64,000 bases of DNA from positions 150,102,001 to 150,166,000 of the forward strand of contig OX597817.1 in the NCBI GenBank assembly GCA_951406725.2, written 5' to 3'. Under the pieces are notes generated by a model. It was given only the letters and a program-made list of their open reading frames with translations, was not told where the DNA came from and made no database searches. This document shows, in pieces, positions 1 to 12,206 of the stretch. A program made the translations under genes and the position numbers. Source of the DNA: Octopus vulgaris. Taxonomy: Eukaryota. The first letter of the stretch is position 1; each line of letters opens with the position of its first letter.

Positions 1-265
1 AGGCGGCGCTGGCATCGGCCACGTTCGAATGGTGCTTTTTATGTGCCGCCGGCACAGGTATCACAACTACAATTTCCATTTGATATTTATTTTGATGTTG
101 ATGTACTTGACTCAATAGGTCTCCTCAAGCACAGCAGGTCATGTGCCACCGGCATCGTCCACGTTCGGATGGTGCTTTTTATGTGCCGCCAGCACAGGTA
201 TCATAACTACAATTTCCATTTGATATTTATTTTGATGTTGAAGTACTTGATTCAATAGGTCTCCT
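1..265 (-). mobile_element. Fragment of abundant RTE-associated repeat (LINE 3'UTR/SINE tail family), internally duplicated
   Basis: Two ~125-bp tandem copies of ...GGATGGTGCTTTTTATGTGCCGCC...CAATAGGTCTCCT; reverse complement of part of the 38960-39530 element. Confidence 0.7.
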
Positions 266-1686
266 GATGATGATAAATGAGTCCCAATTTCACAAAAATA
301 TAAACCATCAAATGATAACTGGACAAATTTCTTCCAGGGATGCCAGACAAGTTTCCTATGGCTGAATGCATCTCAGTCAATAACTCCCTACTTAATGGGA
401 TATGTTAACACAAAACTTCACTTGAAAATGACTCCACAGATTGTCAGGTGGTGCTATTAAGTTAAACATGGTCTGGACCAGTTTTTCACTGAAACACTTA
501 ATTTTATCTAAGTTTACAAAGATACACACACATACGAGTATGTGAGAGAGAGTGGGGAGGAGAGAATGTACTAAAAATTCTAAATCCTTAAAAGGCCCTT
601 AAATTAGTAGCAGCTGCTAACTCGCATCCCAATTGTTAGAGATAATCTAGCTTTTGGTGTGTTTCTTTGGTGGCTGTGAACTTAAAAGCTAACTACAAGG
701 TCACAAGTTCAAATCCGACTGCAGCTATTGCGTATTCATCACAGCTGAGTTAGGCTTTTGGTAAGAAAAGCATCCAGCTGTAAAGACAATTATTCTGACA
801 ACTAGGCTATTCCACTTTCAGATCAGTAAAAGAGTGTGTGTGTGTGTGTATGCACGTAGGCCTGTTATTTTGGGCTTGAAAGTTCAATAGAAAACCAAGT
901 TTCAATAGTAGACAAAGCCCTTATCGTTCACCCGCCACACCGTGCATTCCAGCTTTGACCATCCTATCTTTTTCTGTATTATTAAGTTATAGAGTGCTTT
1001 CAAGGAAATGTGACAGAACGACCGCATACAGACTGCTCCATTGACTCATCCTGATAATATTTTTCGACAAAGTTTTATAACTAAGAGTAGACAGTTCGTA
1101 TAACACTGCAATGAATCTGCTAATCACACCACGAAACAGAAATGACAAAATATCAACAAACACATACGAAACATGATAACTTCGACGGAGTGGCTCGACT
1201 TATATATATATATATACACATAAATATTTTAATCTTTTATTCAAGTGGGAATGTAGCGCTCATGCCCCTTAGTTGGAGACCCAGAGACTAAAATACTATT
1301 CAAATTGAATTTATATTACATCCCACTGTCATAGGAAGCAAACAAAAAAAAAAGGAGAGTGAACATTGTAGTCTTATATATATGCAAAGAAACTAGATGG
1401 TTATGGTTGGAACGGTTGCTACTGAGCGACTACTAGAGGAGAGAGAGGGTGGTTGTTAAACAATAACACAGTAAAATACCGGAAAAGAGTTATTAACTCG
1501 CTCAGGTATAAAGAAGGTAGAAGACCTTATCAGTTCATTTAATAATTATATTTGAAAATCTCACATTCGGTGAAAGGGAGAGATAAGAAAAATGACATGG
1601 GGATGAGAGAGAGAGAGGGTATTGTCCGAACTTTTCGTTACACCATTTAATCAGCAAGAAAAGAAACAAGCTTTTAAAAGTAAAGG

Positions 1687-2112
1687 TTGGCGATCTTTCG
1701 TCTCTAGTAGACCTTTCCGTCGATTTCCGTAAAAAATTTTTGTTTTTTACATATGGGCTTGCGGGAACTTTTGAAGTAATATACATACATGTACACATAC
1801 ACCGAGTAAAAAAATTCAGTTATCTCTTTCTTTCACACATTACTCTGTCTCTTCACACACACTAACAGAAGCACTTCACTTACACAACATACTGTCTGTC
1901 TCCCACACCCCATCAAACACACACACACACACACATGTACATCAATGCTTCCAATGCACGGTAACTTCAAAAGAACTTCCCTCGTCATACAATCGCTTTC
2001 TCTTAGTCTCTTTCGCTCTCATTACTTCAAAAGTTCCCGCAAGCCCATATGTAAAAAAAAGAAATTTTACGGAAATCGACGGAAAGGTCTACTAGAGACG
2101 AAAGATTGCCAA
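1687..2112. mobile_element. MITE-like element with ~93-bp terminal inverted repeats
   Basis: 1687-1780 is a near-perfect reverse complement of 2021-2112. Confidence 0.75.
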
Positions 2113-2597
2113 AATATCATTTGTCGAATCTGAAAATATACCGAAAGTATTCAAACAAAAAAACAAAAACAAACAAGTTCTTTTTTATCTGATCGATAAT
2201 TTTGAAAAGATTGCTTCCTGTCTAGTGTAGAACGAAAGACAGTCATTTTGAGCAATCAGCTGGGTTTGCGGTTAAGGAAACTGGAGCAAAAACTTGCCCT
2301 TTCCTTAAAATAAACAACGACGACTTCGCTTTGCATTATTCTGGGATTAAATAAATACTAATTCATAATATAGAGGGAGATATTGACTCAATCACAAAAT
2401 CACTATGTGCTCAATTAAAGAAAACTATTTTTAGGAAAGGAAATTCGTTGAATAAATGTATTTCAATTATCAGAGGAAGTAGTTTATTTTTAGCAGCATG
2501 CAATTATTTTAGGGAATCTAACAAGATTGTTTAAACATTCGACAATGTCATTATTTAACTACACACACACATTTATTTATATATTAATTAATCTTTT

Positions 2598-3115
2598 TAA
2601 CTAGGTTGGTGCCCACCCGCGACTTGTTTACCTCATAACTTCCGAAGCAGAGTTTTTTTTTTTAAATCGCAGAAGTAAATTTTATTGTAGTTGACAATTA
2701 TGTTAATTGCATTTGAATTTTTTTGTAATTTGTTTCCTATTTATTGTACCCACCTTCTGGTTTTTCTTCACATCTTTCTTTAAAATGTATGTTTTTAAAT
2801 GACATATTTGTACAAAAATACCTTTTCGAGAGCGTAGATAACGAAATGTCGATGTTTCAAACACATTATACTGACAAACACAAAAATAGTGAAAAATGCT
2901 TAAATTACAGGAATTGGTGGTGACGAAATTTAGACGAGTGGAATGGAAAAGAACGATCCGAAACTCCTCTAAAGGAAAATAATTTTCTAAATATCATCAA
3001 TATTACTGTAATATACACCCTCGAAAACGTATCTCCGAAAATTTTAATTGAAAAATATACCTTTTTCAGAAAGTTATGAGGCAACGAAGTTGGTGGGGCA
3101 TTAATCTGTAATTAC
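2598..3115. mobile_element. Old MITE-like element with degenerate TIRs
   Basis: CCTCATAACTTCCGAAG at the left end versus CAGAAAGTTATGAGG at the right end, with degenerate flanking complementarity. Confidence 0.4.
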
Positions 3116-3126
3116 ACATCTATCTA

Positions 3127-3165
<39 letters not shown>

Positions 3166-3169
<4 letters not shown>

Positions 3170-3318
3170 TTTATGTTCAGTTATAATAGAAACAATTTTA
3201 CATTAATCTTATGGGTTACTCTACGACTGTAGAGTACAAATTTATTGCTCTTAAACAAGACTGTTGTTGATTGTGACTTCGGAGTTTCGGCCAGCTAAGC
3301 TATCCTCAGACTAGATTA
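3166..3318 (-). mobile_element. Penelope-like element 3' fragment with minimal hammerhead motif
   Basis: Minus strand reads CTGAGGA-TAGCTTAGCTGGCC-GAAAC-TCCGAA-GTC, then AATAAA; embedded in (TA)n/(CA)n. Confidence 0.5.
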
Positions 3319-3319
3319 T

Positions 3320-3416
<97 letters not shown>

Positions 3417-3634
3417 ATGTGTGCGTGTGTGTACACATTTGTTTATCACTATTAAGCCAGTGTATAATGTAGGTGGAATGTTAGCATGTACGAGGTATAT
3501 ATGTGTGTGATGTCACGTATAATGATAAATGATGGTCGATATACGTGCCCAGTACAGGAGCCGTTGTTATATGTTACAGTATAATGAGAATATATCACTG
3601 CGTGTGACTACCGAGAGGGACTTAGCGCGGTTTT

Positions 3635-3678
<44 letters not shown>

Positions 3679-3989
3679 AGTGTATTTTGTGTAAAGGTGT
3701 AGATACTGTGTATATTGTTACAGATGTCGGTATGCCCGTTATCTTTACCTATGATGCAACATATCAATATGTAATTCGAAGTCAGTGCGTGCATGCATGT
3801 ATGTATTTGCGTTTTTAATGTACATAACGTCGAACCAGCACTCCCATATATATACGTATGAATATAAGGGCGTTATTATAGAAACCCAACAATATAAACT
3901 AGTGTTTATGCATATATATTTAATGCATGTGTATGAATATATAATACGTGTGTATATATTATATGCACCGTATTATAGATGCTTGCATG

Positions 3990-4468
3990 TATGTATACAC
4001 ACACCACACACACACATATATATATATACACACATATATATAATATATATATACATATATAATACATATATATATATACACATATAATACATATATATAT
4101 ACACATATAATACATATATATATATACACATATAATACATATATATATATACACATATAATAAATATATATATATATATACACATATAATACATATATAT
4201 ATACACATATAATACATATATATATACACATATAATACATATATATATACACATATAATACATATATATATATATACATACATATATATATATATATACA
4301 CATATATATATATATATACACACATATATATAATATATATATACACACATATATAATATATATATACACATATATAATACAGGTACTACTATAATACATA
4401 TATATATATATACACATATATATATAATACATACATATGTATATATATATATATATGTATGTATGTAT

Positions 4469-4537
<69 letters not shown>

Positions 4538-4548
4538 TATATATGTAT
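3990..4548. repeat. Compound (TA)n/(CA)n microsatellite with a ~25-bp higher-order unit (CATATATATATATACACATATAATA)
   Basis: Read directly; explains the Y/I/C/M-rich ORFs at 3785-4743. Confidence 0.95.
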
Positions 4549-5180
4549 ATAATTTCCTTTATAACTTTTTGTAACTTTTGTTGTCAACAATATTGTAAGG
4601 ACGTCACAACAAAAATAGCACATGACTATATTTAATTTTGTAAATAAATAAACATTATTATCATCATTGTTATTTTGTTTTGTCTTTCGTTGAACCAAAT
4701 ATTGATAATTGCAGTATAAAATATTTATTTTTATTCGTTTCATAAATTTCTATGATTAGGGAGCGCGAATTCCCGTGTTTGCTTTATAGTATCTGACCAC
4801 TGCATAGATATTTAACCACAATAGGGTCTAGAGAAAATTTCATTCAATAGTAAATGTTGCATAATTTCATTAGATACTAAATATTAATACAAGCATTGAA
4901 TCTTAAATATTGGTTATGGACAAGATAGGTTTATATGTAGGATTGGAATACATCGAATTACATACACACAACCACATGGCTGAGTATAACTGATGAGTCG
5001 GAACAGAAGTAAATCAGCAAATATAGATCTCGATTCGATTTAATACGGAAATGAAAAATAAATGATTGATAATTTAGTAAAACTATAGAAATAGAAATAC
5101 ATAAATAGACAAATAATATACATACGTGTTTATGTATGTTGCACAGAAACATAGAAAAGATATGGAAGAGAGATATTTAC

Positions 5181-6100
5181 CTCTTTCATCGATATTCCTG
5201 TTACTTTTTTTTTTTTAATTCTAATCTTTCCGTCCTCACAGACATTAACTAAGGAATTTCAGGATGGTTTTAAAGCTTGGAAAAAATAATAATAATACAC
5301 AGTCCGGAGAATTTTTAAGAGATGAGACTTTGGAATATGTCGTCCGATCGCTGACAGTTTGTGATGAGAAAAGTAGTAAAAAATACTAGTTTTGATGATT
5401 GTGATGAAGACAAAAAAAAAACTGTCTTGTTATTATAGTAGTAACAGTTACCAGGTCTGGTAATATTGCTGCTACAGATATTGCTGTTGTTGTTGTTGTT
5501 GTAATAGGAATTCAGAACAGAGTTCTGGTGGCGATGGCAGTGGTGGTGCTGCTACTGCTAAGGGTAAGACAATCGTTGGAAGGTAGTTATTGTTGTTGTT
5601 TTTTCTGAACTAGTTATTGTTGTAATTGCGGTCCGTACGGTAGCAAGCAGCAGCAGTGTAGAAAACAACCTTCATCATTACAATGATGATGACTATGGTG
5701 ATGGTGGTGGCGGTGATTGTGTTGATGCTGACAATTAGTACACCTCATAATAACAAAGATAACGACGATGTGCGATTCGATTGATGGTCTTTACCAGGTG
5801 GAGCGGTGGACCAGGAGTCGATGATTAAAAAGAAATGGTGGTGATAGTAATAATTGTAGTAATAGTAGTAGTTTGTGGCTGTTGCTGTAGTAGTTGTACT
5901 TGTTAGAGCAGCTGGGAGGTCACCTGTCACGTGATATGTACAGCCCTTCTATCATATGTTTGTTGTTTATTCCTCCTGTTGGAATGTGTTTGGATCTAGG
6001 TGGAATAATTCTCGATGATAACTCACTCCCAGCAACATTTCTTTCACATATCTATAAACAACACAGCTAAACACTTATACGCAATATATAAACAATACAC
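5181..6100 (-). other. Candidate first (mostly 5'UTR) exon of an unidentified minus-strand gene, ending ATG AAA GAG|GTAAAT
   Basis: Donor GAG|GTAAAT at 5181/5180, ATG at 5189, transposon-free CpG-retaining sequence with trinucleotide runs; upstream boundary is a guess. Confidence 0.35.
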
Positions 6101-6340
6101 GCAAATTATAAATATACATTAAACGTTAACAGTATATTTTGCAGGTTTAAGACACCACTGTATCTCTACTCTTGCTTATTATAATCGTCTTTCTTGGGAT
6201 AGAATTAAAACCGATTTTTTTTTTACTCTCCTTAAACAATATGTGGCACAAAATACAGGCTGTTTGCTTTGTCCGCCGGCAAATGGGAGGGGTCTGGGCA
6301 CACGTGTCTCCGAAAACTGAAGTCAGTTGCACCACAAGCT
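5920..6340. promoter_or_regulatory. Candidate promoter region
   Basis: GTCACGTGAT near 5926, CACGTG E-box at 6301 and CCGCC near 6273 in unique, CpG-retaining DNA. Confidence 0.3.
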
Positions 6341-6822
6341 ATGTAAACAATTCGCAAATAAAATTTTTTTGTATGTATATTTATTCAATCTTTATATTAA
6401 TTCAACTTGTTTTTTCAATGTAGTCAGTTAATCAATATGAGCGGTAATATTTTATATTCGCTTTTGCTTTTGCAATTCAAAATCTATATGAAAATGTTGT
6501 TTGGAGTTATTTTACAGTATTATGTTAATTACGCAGATTCGTGGAATATTGACACGCAGAAGCTTCTAGCTTTTGCATGTCAAAAAGGAAAGGATAAGGA
6601 CGTGAGCATGTTTAATTCACATCATATGATTTTCAAATTGAGCCAGGGAAGATCTAGGAATCATACGAACAATTCACTCAGATCCAGAAAAGAATCGTTG
6701 AGAACCTGTGTGGAATTTTGCTTTTCAACACAAAAACATTATATAACAATAGTTAAATAGAAGAAATCACGGGTGAAGGCATTCTTAAAATTTCTATGAT
6801 TATAGCTAGTTTAAGAACACAT

Positions 6823-6874
6823 TAGATAGATAGATAGATACGTAGGTAGGTAGCTAGATAGATAGATAGATAGC

Positions 6875-6953
<79 letters not shown>

Positions 6954-6992
6954 GTAGGTAGGTAGGTAGGTAGATAGGTAGATAGATAGATA
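6823..6992. repeat. (GATA)n/(GGTA)n tetranucleotide microsatellite
   Basis: Read directly. Confidence 0.95.
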
Positions 6993-7191
6993 TACAAGCT
7001 TCATGTATATATACATACATGCGTCTGTGTGTGTGTGATGAGATGAAATATTAGGATCCAGTGTTAAACGCCACGAAAAAGTAATGCAAATAGTTCAAAT
7101 AAGAATAAATATAATGCCATTTTAAAAAGGAGTTAAATGATTCGAGCAAAACCTTTTTGTGGAAAATGTATAAAATGTTCGTATATATATA

Positions 7192-7493
7192 TTCTTTTGC
7201 TTGTTTCAGTCATTTGACTGCGGCCATGGTGGAGCACCACCAGGACTTGCTTCTTGTAAGCCTAGTACTTATTCTATCAGTCTCTTTTGCCGAACCGATA
7301 AGTTACGGGGACGTAAACACACCATCAGCTGTCAAGCGATGTTGTGTGGGGGGGGGGGACTCTGATATATACACATAATATAGGCACAGGAGTGTCTGTG
7401 TGGTAAGTGGCTTGCTTACCAGCCATATGGTTCTTGGTTCAGTCCCACTGCCTTGTGAGTGGGTTTGGTAGACGGAAACCGAAAGAAGCCCGT

Positions 7494-7535
<42 letters not shown>

Positions 7536-7586
7536 TAATTTTATCTAGTTTCAGCTCACGAGCTGTGGCCATGCTGGGGCACCGCC

Positions 7587-7626
<40 letters not shown>

Positions 7627-7819
7627 CGTGTGTCTGTCCCCCCAACATCGCTTGACAACCGATGCTGGTGTGTTTACGTCCCCGTACTTAGCGGTTCAGC
7701 AAAAGAGACCGATAGAATAAGTACGAGGCTTACAAGGAATAAGTCCTGGGGTCGATTTTCTCGACTAAAGGCTATGCTCCAGCATGGTCGCAGTCAAATG
7801 ACTGAAACGAATAAAAGAA
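7192..7819. mobile_element. tRNA-derived CORE-type SINE copies (octopus OR-like) in inverted arrangement
   Basis: Minus-strand tail at 7192-7345 and a plus-strand copy at 7383-7819 with a tRNA-like head (GGTTCAGTCCC B-box-like) and internal (TA)n. Confidence 0.75.
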
Positions 7820-8080
7820 TGTGGTTGATGCCAGTATCTTCTTACTGACTCTTGTGCCAGTGGCACGTAAAAGGCATCATTAAAACGTGACTGATGCCAG
7901 GCCCACCTGACTTGCTCCTGTGCCAGTGACATGTAAAAAGCATTCGGAAGGGCATCAAGCTGTAGAAACACTGCCAGATCAAATTGGAGCCTGGTGCGGC
8001 CGCTGGCTCTCCAGACCTCAGTCAAACAGTCCAACCCATACCAGCATGGAAAACGGACGTTAAACGATGATGATGATGAT
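7820..8080 (+). mobile_element. RTE-associated repeat 3' end with (GAT)n tail
   Basis: Ends CATGGAAAACGGACGTTAAACGATGATGAT, a terminus shared by many copies in the window. Confidence 0.7.
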
Positions 8081-8519
8081 TTCTGTTTAAATTAGTCACA
8101 GGCTGGCCAAAACTATACACATGAGAAATTTGTTAAATATCATGTCATCACTAACGTAAATGGGGGGGATCTGTAGGTGCACCCCACCCCCACCCCTAGG
8201 CAGCACATTTGGGTCTGCTGTAAGCAATATGTGTCTTTTGTGGGGTCCAGGGGCGGCAAACAGAAGGGTTGCCCCGGGTTGCACACACTCTAGCTATGCT
8301 AGTAAGTGTCATATGAATAAAGTCACTACAAACAAGCACAGGAGCGGCTATGTGGTAAGTAGCTTGCTTACCAACCGCATAGTTCCAGGTTCAGTCCCAC
8401 TGTGTGGCACTTTGGGCAGGTGTCTTCTACTATAGCCACAGGCCGACCAAAGTCTTGTGTGTGGATTTGGTAGATGGAAAATGAAAGTAGCCCATCTCTC
8501 TCTCTCTATATATATATAT

Positions 8520-8922
8520 CATTGATGATGACCAAGAATATCACATGGGAGAAGAAGATGGGACACAGTGTCCAGCTTTGACCAATCTGTCCAATGCAAT
8601 CTTGGAATGCTCTGCTGCAGATCAGGCACTAGTAGTCTGCTGGGACTGGAGGTTAGGAGTTGGCTCTGGACATGTACAGTTTGCATTTTCTTTGTGCTCC
8701 TGCAGTCCTGTTCTGTTCATAGGAGATGGTACCTCCGTTGGTGCAGCTTCACCAGGCAGGACATTCTTGTGCTTGCATTTCCCAGGTGTTGGGGTTGATC
8801 TCAAAGCTCCTTAGTGAAGCTTTGAGTGTATCCTTAAAGCGCTTTTCCTGTCCACTTTGTTTATGCTTGCCTTCTAACAGCTCGCTGTTAAACAATCTCT
8901 TCAGGAGTTGAGTGTCATCAAC
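8520..8922 (-). mobile_element. Degenerate RTE (BovB-like) LINE 3' fragment
   Basis: Minus strand translates LKRLFNSELLEGKHKQSGQEKRFKDTLKASLRSFEINPNTWE..., like the RTE ORF C-terminus, with stops. Confidence 0.7.
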
Positions 8923-9085
8923 GAAATCTACTCACCAGGTCTTGATCAGCTTGGGGCTATAGTAGAAAACACTTGCCAAGGTGCTGGTACTGTGCAGTAG
9001 GATTGAACCCAAGACCACATGGTTAGGAAGCAGGCTTATCAACCAGCCATACCCCTGCCAACTATTTATCTATAAATGTTTACTA

Positions 9086-9476
9086 GGCACAGGAGTGGCT
9101 GTGTGGTAAGTAGCTTGCTTACCAACCACATGGTTCCAGGTTCATTCCCACTACATGGCACCTTGGGCAAATGTCTTCTACTATAGCCTTGGGCTGACCA
9201 AAGCCTTGTGAGTGGAATTGGTAAACAGAAACTGAAAGAAGCCCGTCATATATATACATATATATATATATTTATGTGTTTGTGTTTGTCCCCCTAACAT
9301 CACTTGGCAATCGATGGTGGTGTGTTTGCATCCCTGTAACTTAGCGGTTCAGCAAAAGAGACCAATAGAATAAGTACTAGGCTTACAAAGAATAAGTCCT
9401 GGGGGTCGATTTGCTCAACTAAAGGTGGTGCTCCAGCATGGCCACAGTCAAATGACTGAAACAAGTAAAAGAGTAA
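9086..9476 (+). mobile_element. Full-length tRNA-derived CORE-type SINE (OR-like)
   Basis: tRNA-like head, GGCACCTTGGGCAAATGTC core, internal microsatellite, GAAACAAGTAAAAGAG tail; further copies at 16826-17255(-), 33035-33378(-), 43863-44250(-), 54012-54560 and 58707-59046(+). Confidence 0.8.
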
Positions 9477-10110
9477 GGGAAAAGTTGACAGTGATTTCTG
9501 ATGCCTGTTAATGTTTCGTTTTGAACTTCAGTTTTGCAATTAAGAATTCTCAAAAGCAAAATACTGTATAAATATTTTTTTCCAGGCAACCTCACTAGTG
9601 CTGGTGCTATGTAAAAAAAATACCACCTAGGATTCTCTGTATAGTGGTTGGCATTAGGAAGGGCAACCAGCTTAGACACCATGCCAAAGCAGGCATTGCA
9701 ACACAATAGTCTTTCAACTTGCTGGGGCCTGTTGAAGTGTCAAGCAAACCTATGGTCAAAAGCGATTCCAGCCATGAACATCCTGTCATTTTAGAGGCAT
9801 GCAGGAATACATTATCTAAAACATCCTTTGTTTATTTAAGATAGCAGGATATAATTTAAGGAATATTTAGCTGCTATTTCTAGTAAGTCAATTACCATAA
9901 ACAAACTCTGATGTCAGTTCATTTCTTTCTTTTTTTTTTTATCATGTAGTTCTCATCATTTTTCTGGAGCTATAGAGTATAATCAATGTTTTTATGTACA
10001 AGATACTCCCATAATAGTTATAGGAGTTTATAAGAGTTATGGGAGTTATATTCCTATAACTGTTGCACTCCTATAATAGTCATAGGAGTTTAACATTAGG
10101 TATATAAAAA

Positions 10111-10333
10111 AGGCAGCGAGCTGGCAGAAATGCCAGGCAAAATGCTTAGTGGTAGTTCATCTGCAGCTACACTCTGAGTTCAAATTCCGCCAAGGTCGAC
10201 TTTGCCTTTCATCCTTTCGGGGTCGATTAAATAAGTACCAGTTACGCACTGGGGTCGATGTAATCGACTTAATCCATTTGTCTGTCCTTGTTTGTCCCCT
10301 CTGTGTTTAGCCCCTTATAGGTAGTAAAGAAAT
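10111..10333 (+). mobile_element. tRNA-derived SINE with GCCTTTCATCCTTTCGGGGTCGAT core (Meta-domain-like)
   Basis: GAGTTCAAATTCC B-box; many copies, e.g. 11282-11690, 12730-13180, 34269-34500, 47140-47347(-), 57448-57660, 61481-61677(-). Confidence 0.8.
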
Positions 10334-11281
10334 CATCATCATCATCATTGTTCGACCGTGGTCGAGACAATGGAATTTACTATGTTGCGCCAGACTTCAC
10401 GGTCCATCATAGCATTACGGAGGTCCTGTTGCTGGATGCCTGTATCCCTGGAGATTACATCAGGGTAGGAGAGTGTGCGCCCTCTGGTGTTGCGAGTAGA
10501 TGACTTCCAGAGGAGAAGAGTAGAAATTACTTCTTTTTCAGCTCTACAACAATGTCCAGCAAACTGGACTCTCCTACCTTTCACAAGAGATGACACAGGT
10601 GGTAATTTCCCATATATTTGCATTTTAGTTGGATGGCGCCTCCACGAGAGATTTTGAGCTCTCATAAGGAGGTGAGTGTAGGTTCCATCCAACCGCCTCT
10701 CAAGCTTCTTTGATAACGTCCAGGTTTCTGAGCCATATAGTAGGATTGGTTCGACTGTGGCTTTGAATATTTCAAGTTTGAAGTCTCTACTTAGATTTGA
10801 TGACCAGATCTTATGCATGTCATTACAGGCTGACCAGGCCATACCCTTTCTAGTTAGAAAGCCTTTTCCAGATGATGATATGTATGACCCAAGATATTTA
10901 TAATCAGAAACCATATTTAAAGGTGCACTGTTGAGAGTGTGGATGATGCAATCACTGTTGGACAGGCACTTGTTTATGTATTCAGTTTTGGCCTCATTGA
11001 GGTAAAGACCTACACAATTTGAGGCTTGTTCAAGAGATTGTAAAAGAGACTGGGCATTGGAGAGAGAATCACTGATAAGAGCGATGTCGTCAGCAAAGTC
11101 AGAGTCTGTCAAGTACTCAGCTGGGTGTCTGGAACTTCTTCTTGGTTTTATTTCAAAGCCCTTGCCAGAGATGGTATCAACTGACATACGTAGCACATAA
11201 TCAACAACAATGATGAAAAGAAATAGGGCGAGTGTGTCTCCCTGCAGTATTCCAGCTTCGATCAAGAAAGAGAAAGATGAT
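10334..11281 (-). mobile_element. Young 5'-truncated RTE-clade LINE (RT C-terminal half, open frame 10345-11265)
   Basis: GILQGDTLA, DFADD, YKYLGS and LLYGSETW RT motifs; (TGA)n tail; inserted in a tandem SINE array. Confidence 0.9.
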
Positions 11282-12206
11282 GGTATTTCGTCTGCCGCTA
11301 CGTTCTGAGTTCAAATTCCGCTGAGGTCCACTTTACCTTTCGTCCTTTCGGGGTTGATAAATAAAGTACCAGTTACGCACTGGGGGTTGATGTACTCGAT
11401 TTAATCCCTTTGTCTGTCCTTGTTTGTCCCCTCTATGTTTAACCCCTTGTGGGCAATAAAGAAATAAGAATTGTTAGCACACCAGGTTAAATGCTTAGCA
11501 GTATTTCATCTGTCTTTACGTTCTGAGTTCAAATTCTGCCAAGGTCGACTTTGCCTTTCATCTTTTCGGGGTTGTTAAATTAAGTACCAGTTGCCTACAG
11601 GGGTCAATCTAATCGACTGGCCCCATCTCCAAAAATTTCGGGCCAAGTAGAAAAGAATATTAGTTATAGGAATAGATCAGTGAGCTGGCAGAGTTGTTAG
11701 CATGCTGGGCAAAATGCTTGGCTTAGCAGCATTTCATCAGTCTTTATGTTTTGAGTTCAAAAGCTATTGAGGTTGATTTTGCCTTTCATCCTTCCAGGGT
11801 CATCATTATCATCATCATCATCATTTAATGTCTGCCGTCCATACTGGCATGGGTGGGACACTTTCACAAAAGCCGGCCAGGCCAAAGCTATCACCAGATT
11901 TCTGTGACTGTTTTGGCAGGATTTTTACAGCTGGATGCCCTTCCAAACACCAACCACTTTACAATGTGGACTGGGTGCTTCTAAGTGGCACCTAAACTGA
12001 CAGGGTCACCAAGTACTTGTAAGACGAAAAAAAAAAACTTTCAAGAGGAGAGGAAGCATTGGAGAAGGTGATCTTGTGTCGGATGATGAAAGGTTATAGT
12101 GAGACAGAGAGACAGAAACAGGTACAATAAAATAATTACCAACTGAGCACTGAGGGTTGATGTAAACTTGCTGGCCTTGTACCAATATTCAATATTAGTA
12201 ATAAGA

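Noticed and set aside
3785-4743. Long ORFs of up to 256 aa rich in Y/I/C/M
   Set aside because: They are translations of TA/CA microsatellite; the same applies to ORFs near 24.5, 26.0-26.9, 29.6-30.2 and 49.3 kb
4989-5010. CTGATGAG hammerhead box (also near 44457)
   Set aside because: No convincing stem II-GAAAC-NUH arrangement follows
10345-11265. Autonomous reverse transcriptase gene, or an A-to-I editing footprint between the two RTE copies
   Set aside because: Both copies are 5'-truncated with no endonuclease or RT N-terminus; only a few A/G differences are mixed with other substitution types
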